Positions 14,430 through 24,418 of a stretch of DNA of 32,000 nt are shown piece after piece. Under the pieces are notes generated by a model. It ran no database searches, was not told where the DNA came from, and saw nothing but the letters and a program-made list of their open reading frames with translations. Positions within the stretch are counted from its first letter, which is position 1. Every line of letters begins with the position of its first letter. This DNA comes from Kineococcus radiotolerans SRS30216 = ATCC BAA-149 (GTDB lineage: Bacteria > Actinomycetota > Actinomycetes > Actinomycetales > Kineococcaceae): positions 2,670,001 to 2,702,000 of the forward strand of contig NC_009664.2 of NCBI RefSeq assembly GCF_000017305.1, given 5' to 3'. The position numbers and the translations under genes were made by a program.

Positions 14430-15170
14430 GTGCCCAGCGAGCCCCCCGCCGGGGTGGCGGACCCCGCCCCGGCGCGCACCCCGCCGCCCCCGCCCTCCCA
14501 GACGGACGTGGTCGTCGAGGGCATCAAGTCGATGATCTTCGACGGGACCCTGGGACCGGGCCAGCGCCTGCCCGTCGAGGCCGACCTGGCCCGGACCCTG
14601 GGCGTCTCCCGCGGCCCGCTGCGCGAGGGGGTCCGGGCCCTGTCCCACCTCGGCGTCCTGGAGACCCGCCAGGGCGCGGGCACCTACGTCACCGCGCTGG
14701 ACCCCTCGCTGCTGCTGGCCCCGATGGCCTTCCTCGTCGACCTGCAGCAGCCGGGTGGTTCCCCCGCCCTGCACGCCGTGCGCCGCGTGCTGGAGACCGA
14801 GGCGGCGGCGCTGGCGGCCCGCTCCATCGACGACGAGGCCCTGGCGGCGGCCGAGGAGGCCCTCGCCGCGGTGTCCGGCCCGGAGCCGGTGGACCCGCGG
14901 GAGTTCGTCGAGGCCGACATCCGCTTCCACCAGGTCATCGCCCGGGCCTGCGGCAACCCCGTGCTGGCGGTGCTGGTGGAGGCGTTCGCCGGCCGCACGG
15001 TGCGCGCCCGGGTGTGGCGGGCCGTCGCCGACGAGCAGGCCGTGGCCCGCACGACCGAGGAGCACCGCGCGATCCTCGCCGCGCTGCGCGACCACGACCC
15101 CGACCGGGCGCGGCTGCGGATGGGTCACCACCTGCTGGCCGTGGAGGACTTCCTGGCCGGGCACGCCTGA
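14430..15170 (+). CDS. GntR-family transcriptional regulator, FadR subfamily (FCD domain). Predicted regulator of the L-fucose locus.
   Basis: LPVEADLARTLGVSRGPLREGVRALSHLGVLETRQGAGTYV HTH, followed by a helical FCD-like C-terminus (EEHRAILAALRDHDPDRARLRMGHHL). GGAGG lies 6 nt upstream of the GTG. Confidence 0.88.
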   Translation: MPSEPPAGVADPAPARTPPPPPSQTDVVVEGIKSMIFDGTLGPGQRLPVEADLARTLGVSRGPLREGVRALSHLGVLETRQGAGTYVTALDPSLLLAPMAFLVDLQQPGGSPALHAVRRVLETEAAALAARSIDDEALAAAEEALAAVSGPEPVDPREFVEADIRFHQVIARACGNPVLAVLVEAFAGRTVRARVWRAVADEQAVARTTEEHRAILAALRDHDPDRARLRMGHHLLAVEDFLAGHA

Positions 15171-15213
15171 GGGTGGGCGTGCGCCGGCGCGCGGCGGCCC
15201 GCACGATGCCCGG

Positions 15214-16080
15214 GTGACCCCCGCCCCGCCGCCCACCCCATCGCCCGCCCCGCCGCTGCGGGGGCGCACCGTCGTCGTCACCGGCGCCAGCTCCGGCATC
15301 GGGGCCGCCGCCGCGCGCCGCTTCGCACGGGCCGGTGCGCGGGTCGTGCCCGTCGGCCGCGACCCCGAGCGCACCCGGGCGCTCGCCGCGGAGCTGGGGG
15401 TGGAGCCGCTGCTGGTGGACGCCGCCCGCCTCGACGACGTCCGCCGCCTCGCCGGCGACCTGCTGGAGCGGTGCGACCGGATCGACGTGCTGGCCAACAA
15501 CGCGGGGGGCTCCAGCGCGCGCCGGACGGAGACCCCGGACGGTCACGAGACGACGTTCCAGGTCAACCACCTCGCGCCGTTCCTGCTGACCGCGCTGCTG
15601 CGGGAGCGGATCGAGGCGACGCCGGGGGCCCGGGTCGTCACCACCTCCAGCGCCGCGAACCTCCTCGGGCGCGTCGACCTCGACGACCTGGACTCGCGCC
15701 GGGGCCGGTACCGGGGCTTCCGCGTCTACGCGACGACGAAGCTGGAGAACGTCCTCTTCACCCGGGCCCTGAGCCGGCGCCTGGGGGGCACGGCGACGGC
15801 CTCGTGCTTCCACCCCGGGGTGGTGGCCACCCGCTTCGCGCGGGACTCGGTGGTGGCGGGGGTCCTGTACCGGACACCGCTGCGGCGCGTCCTGGCCGTC
15901 ACGCCCGAGGAGGGGGCCGAACCGCTGTGGCGGCTGGCGGTGCGCCCCGACCCGGAGACGGTGGACGGCGCCTACCTGGACCGGCTGGCCCCGGGACGGG
16001 TGAACCGGCAGGCCGACGACGTGGAGCTCGCGGAGCAGCTGTGGGTCCGGTCGGCGCAGCTGGTCGGCGTGCCGGCCTGA
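15214..16080 (+). CDS. SDR-family oxidoreductase (retinol-dehydrogenase-like subgroup).
   Basis: VVVTGASSGIGAAAA, NNAG, and S...YATTK catalytic motifs. GTG at 15214. The track ORF start at 14755 is an off-frame overlap with the GntR gene. Confidence 0.85.
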   Translation: MTPAPPPTPSPAPPLRGRTVVVTGASSGIGAAAARRFARAGARVVPVGRDPERTRALAAELGVEPLLVDAARLDDVRRLAGDLLERCDRIDVLANNAGGSSARRTETPDGHETTFQVNHLAPFLLTALLRERIEATPGARVVTTSSAANLLGRVDLDDLDSRRGRYRGFRVYATTKLENVLFTRALSRRLGGTATASCFHPGVVATRFARDSVVAGVLYRTPLRRVLAVTPEEGAEPLWRLAVRPDPETVDGAYLDRLAPGRVNRQADDVELAEQLWVRSAQLVGVPA

Positions 16081-16096
16081 CGCCCGCCCGGGCCGG

Positions 16097-17134
16097 TCAC
16101 CGCCGGTCCGCGCCCCCGGGCTCCGGCGGCAGCTCCGGCAGCGGCGTCCGGGGGTCGACCAGCCCCTCCGCGCGGACCGCCGCCCACACCTCCGCCGGCA
16201 CGTCGGCGCCGAGCAGCCCGACGTTGCGCGCCACCTCCTGCGGGCTGCGCACCCCCACGACGGCGGCGGCCACCACGGGGTGGGCCAGCACCGCCTGCAG
16301 GGCCAGAGCGGGCAGCGTCGTCCCGTGCTCGCGCGCGATGTCGGCCAGGCGGCGGGCGCGGGCCAGGACGTCCGCGGGGGCGGGCCGGTAGCGGTAGGTG
16401 GCGTCGTCGCCGGGGCGGTCCACCGCGAGGACCCCGGACCCGAACACCCCGCCGAGGACGACCGACGTCCCGCGCTGCGCCGCGGCGGGGAGCAGGTCGT
16501 CGAGGGCGGACTGGTCCAGCAGGTCGTAGCGCCCGGCGACGAGGACGACGTCGAGGGGGAACTCCCGCACGAACCGCGTCAGCGGTGCGGTGGCGTTCAT
16601 CCCCGCCCCCACCGCCCGCACCAGGCCCTCCTCGCGCATCCGCAGGAGTTCCGGGAACGCCCCGGCGCGGGCCTCGTCCTCGTGATCGTCCGCGTCGTGC
16701 ACGAGCAGCACGTCCACCGCGTCCAGGCCGAGCCGTTCCAGGCTCTCCTCCAGGCTGCGCCGGACCCCCGCCGCGGTGAAGTCCCACACCCGCCGTCGGT
16801 GCGCGGGGACGTCGAAGATCCCGTCGCGCCCGTGCGGCGGGGGTTGCGGGACGAGCAGCCGGCCCACCTTGGTGCTCAGCACGAAGCTCTCGCGCGGCCG
16901 GGTCCGCAGCACCGCGCCCAGGCGTTCCTCGGACAACCCCAGCCCGTAGTGCGGCGCGGTGTCGACGTAGTGGACGCCGGCGTCCAGCGCGGCCCGCACG
17001 GTGGCGGCGGCGACGTCGTCGGGAACCGCGGCGTAGAGGTTCCCGACGCCGGCGCCGCCGAACCCCAGCACCGGGACCCGGAGCCCGGAACCCCCCAGCG
17101 GACGGGTGGGCAGGTCGGGAGCGGCGGCGGTCAC
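16097..17134 (-). CDS. Aldo-keto reductase, L-fucose (D-threo-aldose) 1-dehydrogenase-like.
   Basis: LGFGGAGVGNLY, VHYVDTAPHYGLGLSEERLG and VLSTKVGR motifs of the AKR fold. Last gene of the fucose operon. GTG at 17134 overlaps the upstream stop (GTGA). Confidence 0.85.
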   Translation of the reverse strand: MTAAAPDLPTRPLGGSGLRVPVLGFGGAGVGNLYAAVPDDVAAATVRAALDAGVHYVDTAPHYGLGLSEERLGAVLRTRPRESFVLSTKVGRLLVPQPPPHGRDGIFDVPAHRRRVWDFTAAGVRRSLEESLERLGLDAVDVLLVHDADDHEDEARAGAFPELLRMREEGLVRAVGAGMNATAPLTRFVREFPLDVVLVAGRYDLLDQSALDDLLPAAAQRGTSVVLGGVFGSGVLAVDRPGDDATYRYRPAPADVLARARRLADIAREHGTTLPALALQAVLAHPVVAAAVVGVRSPQEVARNVGLLGADVPAEVWAAVRAEGLVDPRTPLPELPPEPGGADRR

Positions 17135-17916
17135 GCCCGCACCGTAGGGGGAACGCGCAGGCCGTGCATCCCGCCGTCGACCGCGACCACCGCCCCGGTC
17201 ACCGCGCCGGAACGGCGGTCGGCGAGGTGGACGATCTCGTGGGCGACCTCGTCGGCCTCCACGAGCCGCCCGCCGGGCTGGCGCGCGGCCAGCGCGGCGA
17301 GCTCCGCCGCGGGGTCGTCGGCGGCGTCGAGGAGGCGCTGGACCCACGGGGTGCGCGCGGTCCCGGGGTTCACGCAGTTCACCCGGATCCCCTCGGCGAG
17401 GTGGTCGGCGGCCATGGCCAGGGTGAGGGCCTGCACCGCGCCCTTCGTCGCGGAGTACAGCGCCCGCTGCGGCAGGCCCGCCCACGCCGCGATGGAGCAG
17501 GTGTTGACGATCGCGGCGTGCGGGGACGCCCGCAGGGCCGGCAGCGCGGCGCGGGTGGCGCGGACGGCGCCGACGACGTTGACGTCGAACACCCGGTGCC
17601 ACTCGGCGTCGTCGTTGTCGGCGACCGTGCCCCGCGCCCCGGTGCCGGCGTTGTTGACGAGGACGTCGAGCCCGCCGAGGCCCTCCACCGCCGCCGCCAC
17701 CGCGGCCCGCACGGCGCCGTCGTCGGTGAGGTCGGCCACGACGGCGAGCGCGTCGCCCGGCACGGCGGGGGAGTCCTCGAAGACCCGGTCCAGGACCGCC
17801 ACCCGCGCCCCCTCGGCGAGGAAGCGCCGCACGGTCGCGGCGCCGATCCCGGAGGCGCCGCCGGTCACGAGGACCCGCAGGCCGGCCACCCCCGCGCCGC
17901 CCGCCGCGCCGTTCAC
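17131..17916 (-). CDS. SDR, 2-keto-3-deoxy-L-fuconate 4-dehydrogenase-like.
   Basis: [17 protein letters not shown], and S...YSATKGA motifs. Positioned between the fuconate dehydratase and the AKR. GTG at 17916 (GTGA overlap); alternative GTG at 17889. Confidence 0.8.
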   Translation of the reverse strand: MNGAAGGAGVAGLRVLVTGGASGIGAATVRRFLAEGARVAVLDRVFEDSPAVPGDALAVVADLTDDGAVRAAVAAAVEGLGGLDVLVNNAGTGARGTVADNDDAEWHRVFDVNVVGAVRATRAALPALRASPHAAIVNTCSIAAWAGLPQRALYSATKGAVQALTLAMAADHLAEGIRVNCVNPGTARTPWVQRLLDAADDPAAELAALAARQPGGRLVEADEVAHEIVHLADRRSGAVTGAVVAVDGGMHGLRVPPTVRA

Positions 17917-19274
17917 CGCGCCACCTCCTCGGCGTGCGGCCCGGCCGGGGAGGGGACCGCGACCGGGACCCCCGCCCACTCCGCCCCGCCGGGGAAGACG
18001 TGGCGCAGCAGCGACTCCCGGCGGATCTCGGCGGAGTACCCGGGTGCGGTGGGGGCGAGGTAGTTCCCCCGCGAGAGCCGCACCGGGTCCACGAAGTGCT
18101 CGTGGAGGTGGTCGACGTGCTCGACGACCCGGTCCTCGGTGGTCCCGGTGAGGGCGACGAAGTCGAACATCGACAGGTGCTGCACCAGTTCGCACAACCC
18201 CACCCCGCCCGCGTGCGGGCACACCGGGACCCCGAACTTCGCGGCCAGCAGCAGGATCGCGACGTTCTCGTTGACGCCCGCGACGCGGGCCGCGTCGATC
18301 TGCACGACGTCCAGGGAACCCGCCTGCAGCAGCTGCTTGAACACCACGCGGTTGTGCGCGTGCTCACCGGTGGCGATCTTCACCGGCGCCACCGCGCGGC
18401 GGATCGCGGCGTGGCCCAGGACGTCGTCCGGGCTCGTCGGTTCCTCCACCCACCACGGGTCGTGGGGGGCGAGGGCGCGGATCCACTCCACCGCGGGGCC
18501 GACGTCCCAGCGCTGGTTGGCGTCGACGGCGATGCGCACGTCCGGCCCCACCGCCGCCCGGGCCAGCCGCATCCGGCGCACGTCGTCGTCGACGTCGGCG
18601 CCGACCTTGAGCTTGATCTGGCGGAACCCCTGGGCGACGGCCTCGCGGGCCAGCCGCACGAGCTTCTCGTCGGAGTAGCCCAGCCAGCCCGGGGTCGTGG
18701 TGTACGCGGGGTAGCCCTCGCGCAGCAGTTCCGCCCGCCGCCGGGCCCGGCCGGGGACGGCGGCCCGCAGCAGTTCCAGCGCGTCCTCGGGGGTGAGGGC
18801 GTCGGTGAGGTAGCGGAAGTCCACCAGCGCGACGAGTTCCTCCGGGGACATCCGCGAGAGCAGGTCCCACAGCGGCAACCCCGCGCGCTTGGCCTTGAGG
18901 TCCCACAGCGCGTTGACGACGGCGGAGACGGCCATGTGCATGACGCCCTTCTCCGGGCCCAGCCACCGCAGCTGCGAGTCGTCGGCGAAGGACCGCCAGG
19001 TGGCGCCCATGTCGCCCAGGACCTCCTCGACGTCGCGGCCCAGGACGTGGCCGGCGAGGGCCTTGATCGCGGCGACCTGCACGTCGTTGCCGCGGCCGAT
19101 GGTGAAGGCGAAACCGTGCCCCTCCGGTGATCGCGGGTCGTCGGTGCCCAGGACGAGGTAGGCGGCGGAGTAGTCCGGGTCGGGGTTCATGGCGTCGGAA
19201 CCGTCGAGGTGGCGGGAGGTGGGGAAGCGCACGTCGAGGGTCTCGAACCGGGTGAACCTCTCCGGCCCCGCCAT
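17913..19274 (-). CDS. fucD: L-fuconate dehydratase (enolase superfamily, mandelate racemase subgroup).
   Basis: N-terminal [16 protein letters not shown], characteristic of FucD-type dehydratases. IKLKVG (KxK), [24 protein letters not shown] and PHAGGVG are metal and acid/base motifs. ATG at 19274 shares 1 nt with the upstream stop (GTGATG). Confidence 0.88.
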   Translation of the reverse strand: MAGPERFTRFETLDVRFPTSRHLDGSDAMNPDPDYSAAYLVLGTDDPRSPEGHGFAFTIGRGNDVQVAAIKALAGHVLGRDVEEVLGDMGATWRSFADDSQLRWLGPEKGVMHMAVSAVVNALWDLKAKRAGLPLWDLLSRMSPEELVALVDFRYLTDALTPEDALELLRAAVPGRARRRAELLREGYPAYTTTPGWLGYSDEKLVRLAREAVAQGFRQIKLKVGADVDDDVRRMRLARAAVGPDVRIAVDANQRWDVGPAVEWIRALAPHDPWWVEEPTSPDDVLGHAAIRRAVAPVKIATGEHAHNRVVFKQLLQAGSLDVVQIDAARVAGVNENVAILLLAAKFGVPVCPHAGGVGLCELVQHLSMFDFVALTGTTEDRVVEHVDHLHEHFVDPVRLSRGNYLAPTAPGYSAEIRRESLLRHVFPGGAEWAGVPVAVPSPAGPHAEEVAR

Positions 19275-20119
19275 CACGCGGCCGCCGCGACGTTGCGGGT
19301 CCGGCCCAGGCCGTCGATCTCGCACTCGACCACGTCCCCCGGGCGCAGGTAGGGCTTGGGGTCCGGCTGCCCCAGCGCCACCCCCGCGGGGGTCCCGGTG
19401 TTCACCAGGTCCCCGGGTTCGAGGACGGTGAACCAGCTGAGGTAGCGGATCACGTCCGCGACGCCGAACACCAGGTCCGCCGTGGACCCGTCCTGGCGCA
19501 GTTCCCCGTTGACCCACGTCCGCAGACCCAGCGCGCCGACGTCGGCGACCTCGTCGGCGGTGACGAACCAGGGCCCCAGCGGGTTGAACGTCTCGCAGCT
19601 CTTGCCCTTGTCCCACTGCCCGCCGCGTTCGAGCTGGAACTCGCGCTCGGACACGTCGTGCGACACCACGAACCCCGCGACGACCTCCAGCGCGGCCTCC
19701 GCGCTCTCCAGGTAGCGGGCCCGGGCGCCGAGGACGACGCCGAGCTCGACCTCGTAGTCGGTCTTGGAACTGCCCCGGGGGATGAGCAGCGTGTCGTGGG
19801 GGCCCACCACCGTCGAGGACGACTTGAGGAACACGACGGGTTCGGTCGGCAGCTGCGCGCCGGTCTCCGCCGCGTGGTCGCGGTAGTTCAGCCCGATGCA
19901 CACGATCGTGCCGGGGCGGGGGAGCGGTGCGCCCACGCGGCGACCGGTGAGGTCCAGGGCGGGCAGACCGGCGCGGACGGCGGAGGCCGCGCGGTCGAGG
20001 TCCGCCGCCGACCACGGCCGGTGGGCGTCGAGGACCCCGGTGAGGTCGACGGCCGATCCGTCCGGCAGCAGGGCCGCGGCGGTCTCCTCACCCGGGGGGC
20101 CGGTGCGCAGGATCTTCAC
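19274..20119 (-). CDS. FAH-family hydrolase, 2,4-diketo-3-deoxy-L-fuconate hydrolase-like.
   Basis: [38 protein letters not shown] and [10 protein letters not shown] are fumarylacetoacetate-hydrolase-fold motifs. GTG at 20119 is preceded by GAGAGGAGAGGAA and overlaps the GH95 stop (GTGA). Confidence 0.85.
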   Translation of the reverse strand: MKILRTGPPGEETAAALLPDGSAVDLTGVLDAHRPWSAADLDRAASAVRAGLPALDLTGRRVGAPLPRPGTIVCIGLNYRDHAAETGAQLPTEPVVFLKSSSTVVGPHDTLLIPRGSSKTDYEVELGVVLGARARYLESAEAALEVVAGFVVSHDVSEREFQLERGGQWDKGKSCETFNPLGPWFVTADEVADVGALGLRTWVNGELRQDGSTADLVFGVADVIRYLSWFTVLEPGDLVNTGTPAGVALGQPDPKPYLRPGDVVECEIDGLGRTRNVAAAA

Positions 20120-22542
20120 GGGGTTCCTCTCCTCTCCCGGGCGCTCGGGCCCGGGGTGTCGCGGACGGGGGGAGCGGCGAGGGGCACGTCGTGCTCGTCG
20201 CCGGTGGTTCCGGAGGTCTCGGCCAGGACGGTGCCGCCGAACGTCAGCCGCACCGTCGAGGGCCGCAGGTACCGCAGCCGGACGGAGACCGGCGCGGAAC
20301 CGGACCAGGTGAGGTCGACCTCGACGCCGGCGCGGGTCCGCAGCCCGCGCACCCGCCCCTCCGGCCACTGCGGCGGCAGGGCCGGCAGCAGGTCGACGCG
20401 GTCCGCGCCGGACTGCACCAGGACCTCGGCCACCGCGGCCGCGAAGCCGAGGTTGCCGTCGACCTGGAAGGGCGGGTGGGCGGAGAACAGGTTCGGGTAC
20501 AGCCCGCCCCGGTGCGCCGCCCCACCGCCGGTGCCGTGCCCGTCGGTCGCCGGGCGCAGGCAGCGCCGCACGAGGTCGCCGACGGCGGCCCCGTCGCGCA
20601 GCCGGGCCCGCAGCGCCGTCCGCCAGGCCAGGGCCCAGCCGGTGGACTCCGGTCCGCGCAGGTCCAGCGACCGGGCCGCGGCCGCCGCCGCGGAGGTCCC
20701 GGCGGCGATCGTGCCCAGCGGGTACAGGCCCACGAGGTGGGAGGTGTGCCGGTGCTCGGGTTCGGCCTCGGCCAGCTCCGCGTGCCACTCAAGCAGCTCC
20801 CCGCGCGCCCCGGTGCCCGGGTGCGGCAGGCCGGCCAGCGCCGCCTCCACCTCCGCCCGCAGGTCCGCCGGGACTGGGGCGTGCGTCTGCCTCCCGGCCC
20901 ACCGCGACCAGCCGGTGAGCAGCCCGCGGGTCAGTTCCAGGTCGCAGGTGCTGGAACGTTCCACGGCCTGCGCGTTCCCCGCGGCGTCCAGCCAGTGGTT
21001 CTCCGGCGACGTCGAGGGGGCGGTGCCGAGGGTCCCGTCGGGCAGCACCACCAGCCGGTCCAGGCAGAACCGCACGGCGCCCTCCACGACGGGCAGCACG
21101 CGCCGGGCCAGGGGTCCGGGGTCGGCGGCGAAGTCCAGGGCGTCCAGCAGGTTCAGGCTCAGCCAGACCCCGCCGTAGGGCCACGCCGACCACGCCGGGT
21201 CGTTCCAGCCGCCGCCGACGCTGCGGGTCTGCGCCCAGCCGTCGCTGTTGTGGTGGGCGACCCAGCCCCGGGCGCCGTACATCTCCGCGGCGGTGGCCGT
21301 CCCCGCCGCGGCGAGGCGCTCGGCGAAGGCCAGCAGCGGCTCGGCGCACTCCGGCAACCCCCACGGCTGGACCGGCCAGTAGGCCATGGGCAGGTTCACG
21401 TTGAGGGTGTAGTTGCTGCTCCACGGCGGTTGCAGCTCCTCGTTCCAGATGCCCTGCAGCGTCAGCGGCAGGGTTCCCGGCCGCGAGCCGGTGACGAGGA
21501 GGTAGCGGGCGTGGGCCACGGCGAGCGCGGCCAGCACCCGCGCGGCGTCCTCGTCGTGCTCGGCCAGCCCCACCAGGGCGTCGGTCGTCGTCCCCGCCGG
21601 GACCCGCCCGCCGAGGTCGAGGTCGCTGCGCCCGAACAGCTCGGCGTGCTCGCGGCGGTGGCGCTCGCGCACCGCGCCCGGGTCGGCCACCGCGGCGGCG
21701 GCCCGCGCCGCGGCGGCCTCGACGTCGGGGCGGCCGGTGGGGTCGGTGGCGGGGTCGGGGGTCTCCACGGCCACGACGACGTGCGCCTCGCGCACCCCGT
21801 CCCAGGCGGGGCCCTCCACCGGGCCGGCGGGGTCCGGCGCGGCGCGGGGGGTCCCGTCGCAGCGGACGCGGACGACGACGGCCACCTGCCGCGACGGCGT
21901 ACCGGGCGCGGCCCACCGCACCGGGTCCTCGTGCTGGTCGGGGTGCCAGGGGTGGACGTCCTCGGGCAGGTCCAGCAGCGTGCGCCACTCCAGCCCGCCC
22001 GGGTCCCCGTCGGGGACGCGGAGGGTGGACCCGGCCGGGCGCAGCGGGGAGGCGAGGGCCAGGCGCAGGCCGGTCCCCGCCCCCGGGGCGGTGACGCGGT
22101 GCACGAGGACCCCGGCGCCGACGGAGGTCTCGTGCCGGACGGTGCCGCCCGGGACGGGCCGCTGCGACCACGCCGTCGCGGTGCCCAGGTCCAGGCCCCG
22201 GACCACGCCGGGCGCGGCGGCCGCGGCCGTCGTGACCAGCAGGTCCCCGACGGGCAGGAACGCCTGGGTGTGGTGGACGACGGGTTCCAGCAGCTCGCCC
22301 GCCCGGGTGGGGTCGCCGGCCAGGACGGCGGCGCGCGCGGCCTCCACCCGGTCGGGGTGGTCGGGCGGGGTGGGGTGGTGGGGGCCGCCGACGGGCCCGG
22401 ACCAGGCCCGGTCGTCGTTGAGCGAGAGCCGTTCGCCGTCGGCCAGGCCCCAGCACACCGCGCCCAGGCGCCCGTCGCCCACGGGCAGCGCCTCCAGCCA
22501 CGTCGTGGCGGGGCCCTCGTAGCGCAGCCGGTGCGCGGGCAT
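20116..22542 (-). CDS. Glycoside hydrolase family 95 (alpha-L-fucosidase / alpha-L-galactosidase type). No signal peptide.
   Basis: LQGIWNEEL, SNYTLNVNLPMAYW, WVAHHNSDGW, STSPENHW, HRHTSHLVGLYP and NLFSAHPPFQVDGNLG match the GH95 signature blocks as I know them. ATG at 22542 shares 1 nt with the upstream stop. Confidence 0.88.
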   Translation of the reverse strand: MPAHRLRYEGPATTWLEALPVGDGRLGAVCWGLADGERLSLNDDRAWSGPVGGPHHPTPPDHPDRVEAARAAVLAGDPTRAGELLEPVVHHTQAFLPVGDLLVTTAAAAAPGVVRGLDLGTATAWSQRPVPGGTVRHETSVGAGVLVHRVTAPGAGTGLRLALASPLRPAGSTLRVPDGDPGGLEWRTLLDLPEDVHPWHPDQHEDPVRWAAPGTPSRQVAVVVRVRCDGTPRAAPDPAGPVEGPAWDGVREAHVVVAVETPDPATDPTGRPDVEAAAARAAAAVADPGAVRERHRREHAELFGRSDLDLGGRVPAGTTTDALVGLAEHDEDAARVLAALAVAHARYLLVTGSRPGTLPLTLQGIWNEELQPPWSSNYTLNVNLPMAYWPVQPWGLPECAEPLLAFAERLAAAGTATAAEMYGARGWVAHHNSDGWAQTRSVGGGWNDPAWSAWPYGGVWLSLNLLDALDFAADPGPLARRVLPVVEGAVRFCLDRLVVLPDGTLGTAPSTSPENHWLDAAGNAQAVERSSTCDLELTRGLLTGWSRWAGRQTHAPVPADLRAEVEAALAGLPHPGTGARGELLEWHAELAEAEPEHRHTSHLVGLYPLGTIAAGTSAAAAAARSLDLRGPESTGWALAWRTALRARLRDGAAVGDLVRRCLRPATDGHGTGGGAAHRGGLYPNLFSAHPPFQVDGNLGFAAAVAEVLVQSGADRVDLLPALPPQWPEGRVRGLRTRAGVEVDLTWSGSAPVSVRLRYLRPSTVRLTFGGTVLAETSGTTGDEHDVPLAAPPVRDTPGPSARERRGTP

Positions 22543-23471
22543 CAGAACCGCACCCCGCCGGCGGTGAGGCCGGAGCGCCAGAAGCGCTGCAGCCCCAGGA
22601 ACACCGCGACCACGGGGACGACGGAGACCAGCGAGCCCGTCACGACGAGCACCTGCAGCCCGGGGATCGTGATGGAGGACTGGCTCCACCCGGTCAGGCC
22701 GACGGTCAGCGGCACGAGCTCCTGGTCGGTGAGGACCAGCAGCGGCAGCAGGTAGTTGTTCCAGCTGCCCAGGAAGGCGAACAGCAGCACGGTCACCAGC
22801 CCGGTGCTCATCAACCGCAACCCGATGGAGACGAAGATGCGGAGTTCCCCCGCGCCGTCGAGGCGAGCGGCCTCCAGCAGCTCGCGCGGTACCGAGGACT
22901 GGGCGAAGACCATGCACAGCAGCACGCCGAAGGAGTAGACCAGGGACGGCAGCAGCACCCCGGCGTAGGTGTTGTTCAGGCCGAGCTGGACGACGAGGAG
23001 GTAGGTGGGCTGGGCCAGCACCGTGCCCGGCACGAGCAGGCTGGCGAGGATCGCGCCGACGACGACGCGCTTGCCGCGGAACTCGTACATGGCCAGCGCG
23101 TACCCGCAGGCCGCGCAGACCAGGACGGTGAGCACCGAACCCACCACGGAGTAGACGACGGTGTTGAGGACCCAGCGCCAGAAGATCCCGTCGTCGTAGC
23201 CGGACAGCTCGGCGAGGTTGTCCAGCAGCTGGGGTTCGGCGAACGAGAACCCCGGGGTCGTGAACAGCGAGCTGGCCGACTTGGTCGAGGCGACGACCAG
23301 CCAGTAGACCGGGGCGAGGAAGTACACCGCGGCGACGACGACCGCGACCATCGCCAGGAGCCGCACCGGTAGCGAGGGACGTTCCCCGCCCGTCGTCGGC
23401 CGGGACGCGCTCCGCCGCCGCGAGGGCGGGCGCACGGGGACGACCCGGTCCACGAGGTCTCGTCCGCTCAC
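22542..23471 (-). CDS. Carbohydrate ABC transporter permease (MalG-like).
   Basis: Six hydrophobic segments. EAA-loop-like LLEAARLDGAGELRIFVSIGLRL. GTG at 23471 overlaps the upstream stop (GTGA). Confidence 0.9.
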   Translation of the reverse strand: MSGRDLVDRVVPVRPPSRRRSASRPTTGGERPSLPVRLLAMVAVVVAAVYFLAPVYWLVVASTKSASSLFTTPGFSFAEPQLLDNLAELSGYDDGIFWRWVLNTVVYSVVGSVLTVLVCAACGYALAMYEFRGKRVVVGAILASLLVPGTVLAQPTYLLVVQLGLNNTYAGVLLPSLVYSFGVLLCMVFAQSSVPRELLEAARLDGAGELRIFVSIGLRLMSTGLVTVLLFAFLGSWNNYLLPLLVLTDQELVPLTVGLTGWSQSSITIPGLQVLVVTGSLVSVVPVVAVFLGLQRFWRSGLTAGGVRF

Positions 23472-24418
23472 GAGAGCGCTCCGTTCCGGCGGTTGGAGAT
23501 CCGCATGAGGACCAGGGACAGCACGAGGGTCGCGAGGCCGAGCAGGACGGCCATGGCCGCGGCCAGGTTCGGGTCCTGCCCCTCGGAGGAGGCCGAGTAG
23601 ATGGCCATGTTGGGGGTGTAGTCGCTGGTGATGTTCGAGGTCACGTTGCGCAGCACGCTGGGTTCGCTGAACAGCTGCAGCGTCCCGATGACCGAGGACA
23701 GGGTCGTCAGCAGCAGGGCGGGCGCGATGAGGGGCAGCTTCACGCTCAAGGCGATCCGCGCCTCGCCCGCGCCGTCCATCCGGGCGGCCTCACCCACCTC
23801 GGTCGGGACCGACTGCAGCGCCGCGAAGAGGATGATCATGTTGATGCCCGTCGAGGACCAGACCCCGATGTTGGCCAGCGACCACAGCACCGTGCCGGGG
23901 GCGAGGAAGTCGGCGTCGACCCCGAGGCCGGCGAGGAACCCGACGAAGGGGCTGACCCCGGGCTGGTAGAGGAAACCCCACAGCAGGGCCGCGATGACGC
24001 CCGGGATGGCGAACGGGACGAAGACGGCGGCCTGGAAGAACTTCCGGAACCGGACGGCCGCGGAGTCGAACAGCAGCGCCAGTCCGAGGGCCAGCAGCAG
24101 CATGACCGGGACCTGGACGACGCCGTAGAGCAGGACCCGGCCGAAACCGGCGACGAAGTCGGAGTCGGTCAGCGCCGTCGCGTAGTTGGACAGCCCTGCG
24201 AACACCGTGCGCGTCGACCCGCCGAAGCCCAGCCCGCCGGCCGACTTCCGCGCGAAGAGGCTGGTGCCCAGGGCGAGGAGGATCGGGGCGACGAGGAACA
24301 CCAGGAACAGGACCGCGAACGGCGCGACGAACAGGTAGGGGGCGACCCGCTGACCGGCCCGGGCCGCCGTCCGGCGGCCCGGGCCGGGGTGGCGGGCCGT
24401 CCCGGTGGTGGAGCTCAT
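23468..24418 (-). CDS. Carbohydrate ABC transporter permease (MalF-like).
   Basis: EAA loop VGEAARMDGAGEARIALSVKLP, with multiple TM segments. ATG at 24418 shares 1 nt with the upstream stop. Confidence 0.9.
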   Translation of the reverse strand: MSSTTGTARHPGPGRRTAARAGQRVAPYLFVAPFAVLFLVFLVAPILLALGTSLFARKSAGGLGFGGSTRTVFAGLSNYATALTDSDFVAGFGRVLLYGVVQVPVMLLLALGLALLFDSAAVRFRKFFQAAVFVPFAIPGVIAALLWGFLYQPGVSPFVGFLAGLGVDADFLAPGTVLWSLANIGVWSSTGINMIILFAALQSVPTEVGEAARMDGAGEARIALSVKLPLIAPALLLTTLSSVIGTLQLFSEPSVLRNVTSNITSDYTPNMAIYSASSEGQDPNLAAAMAVLLGLATLVLSLVLMRISNRRNGALS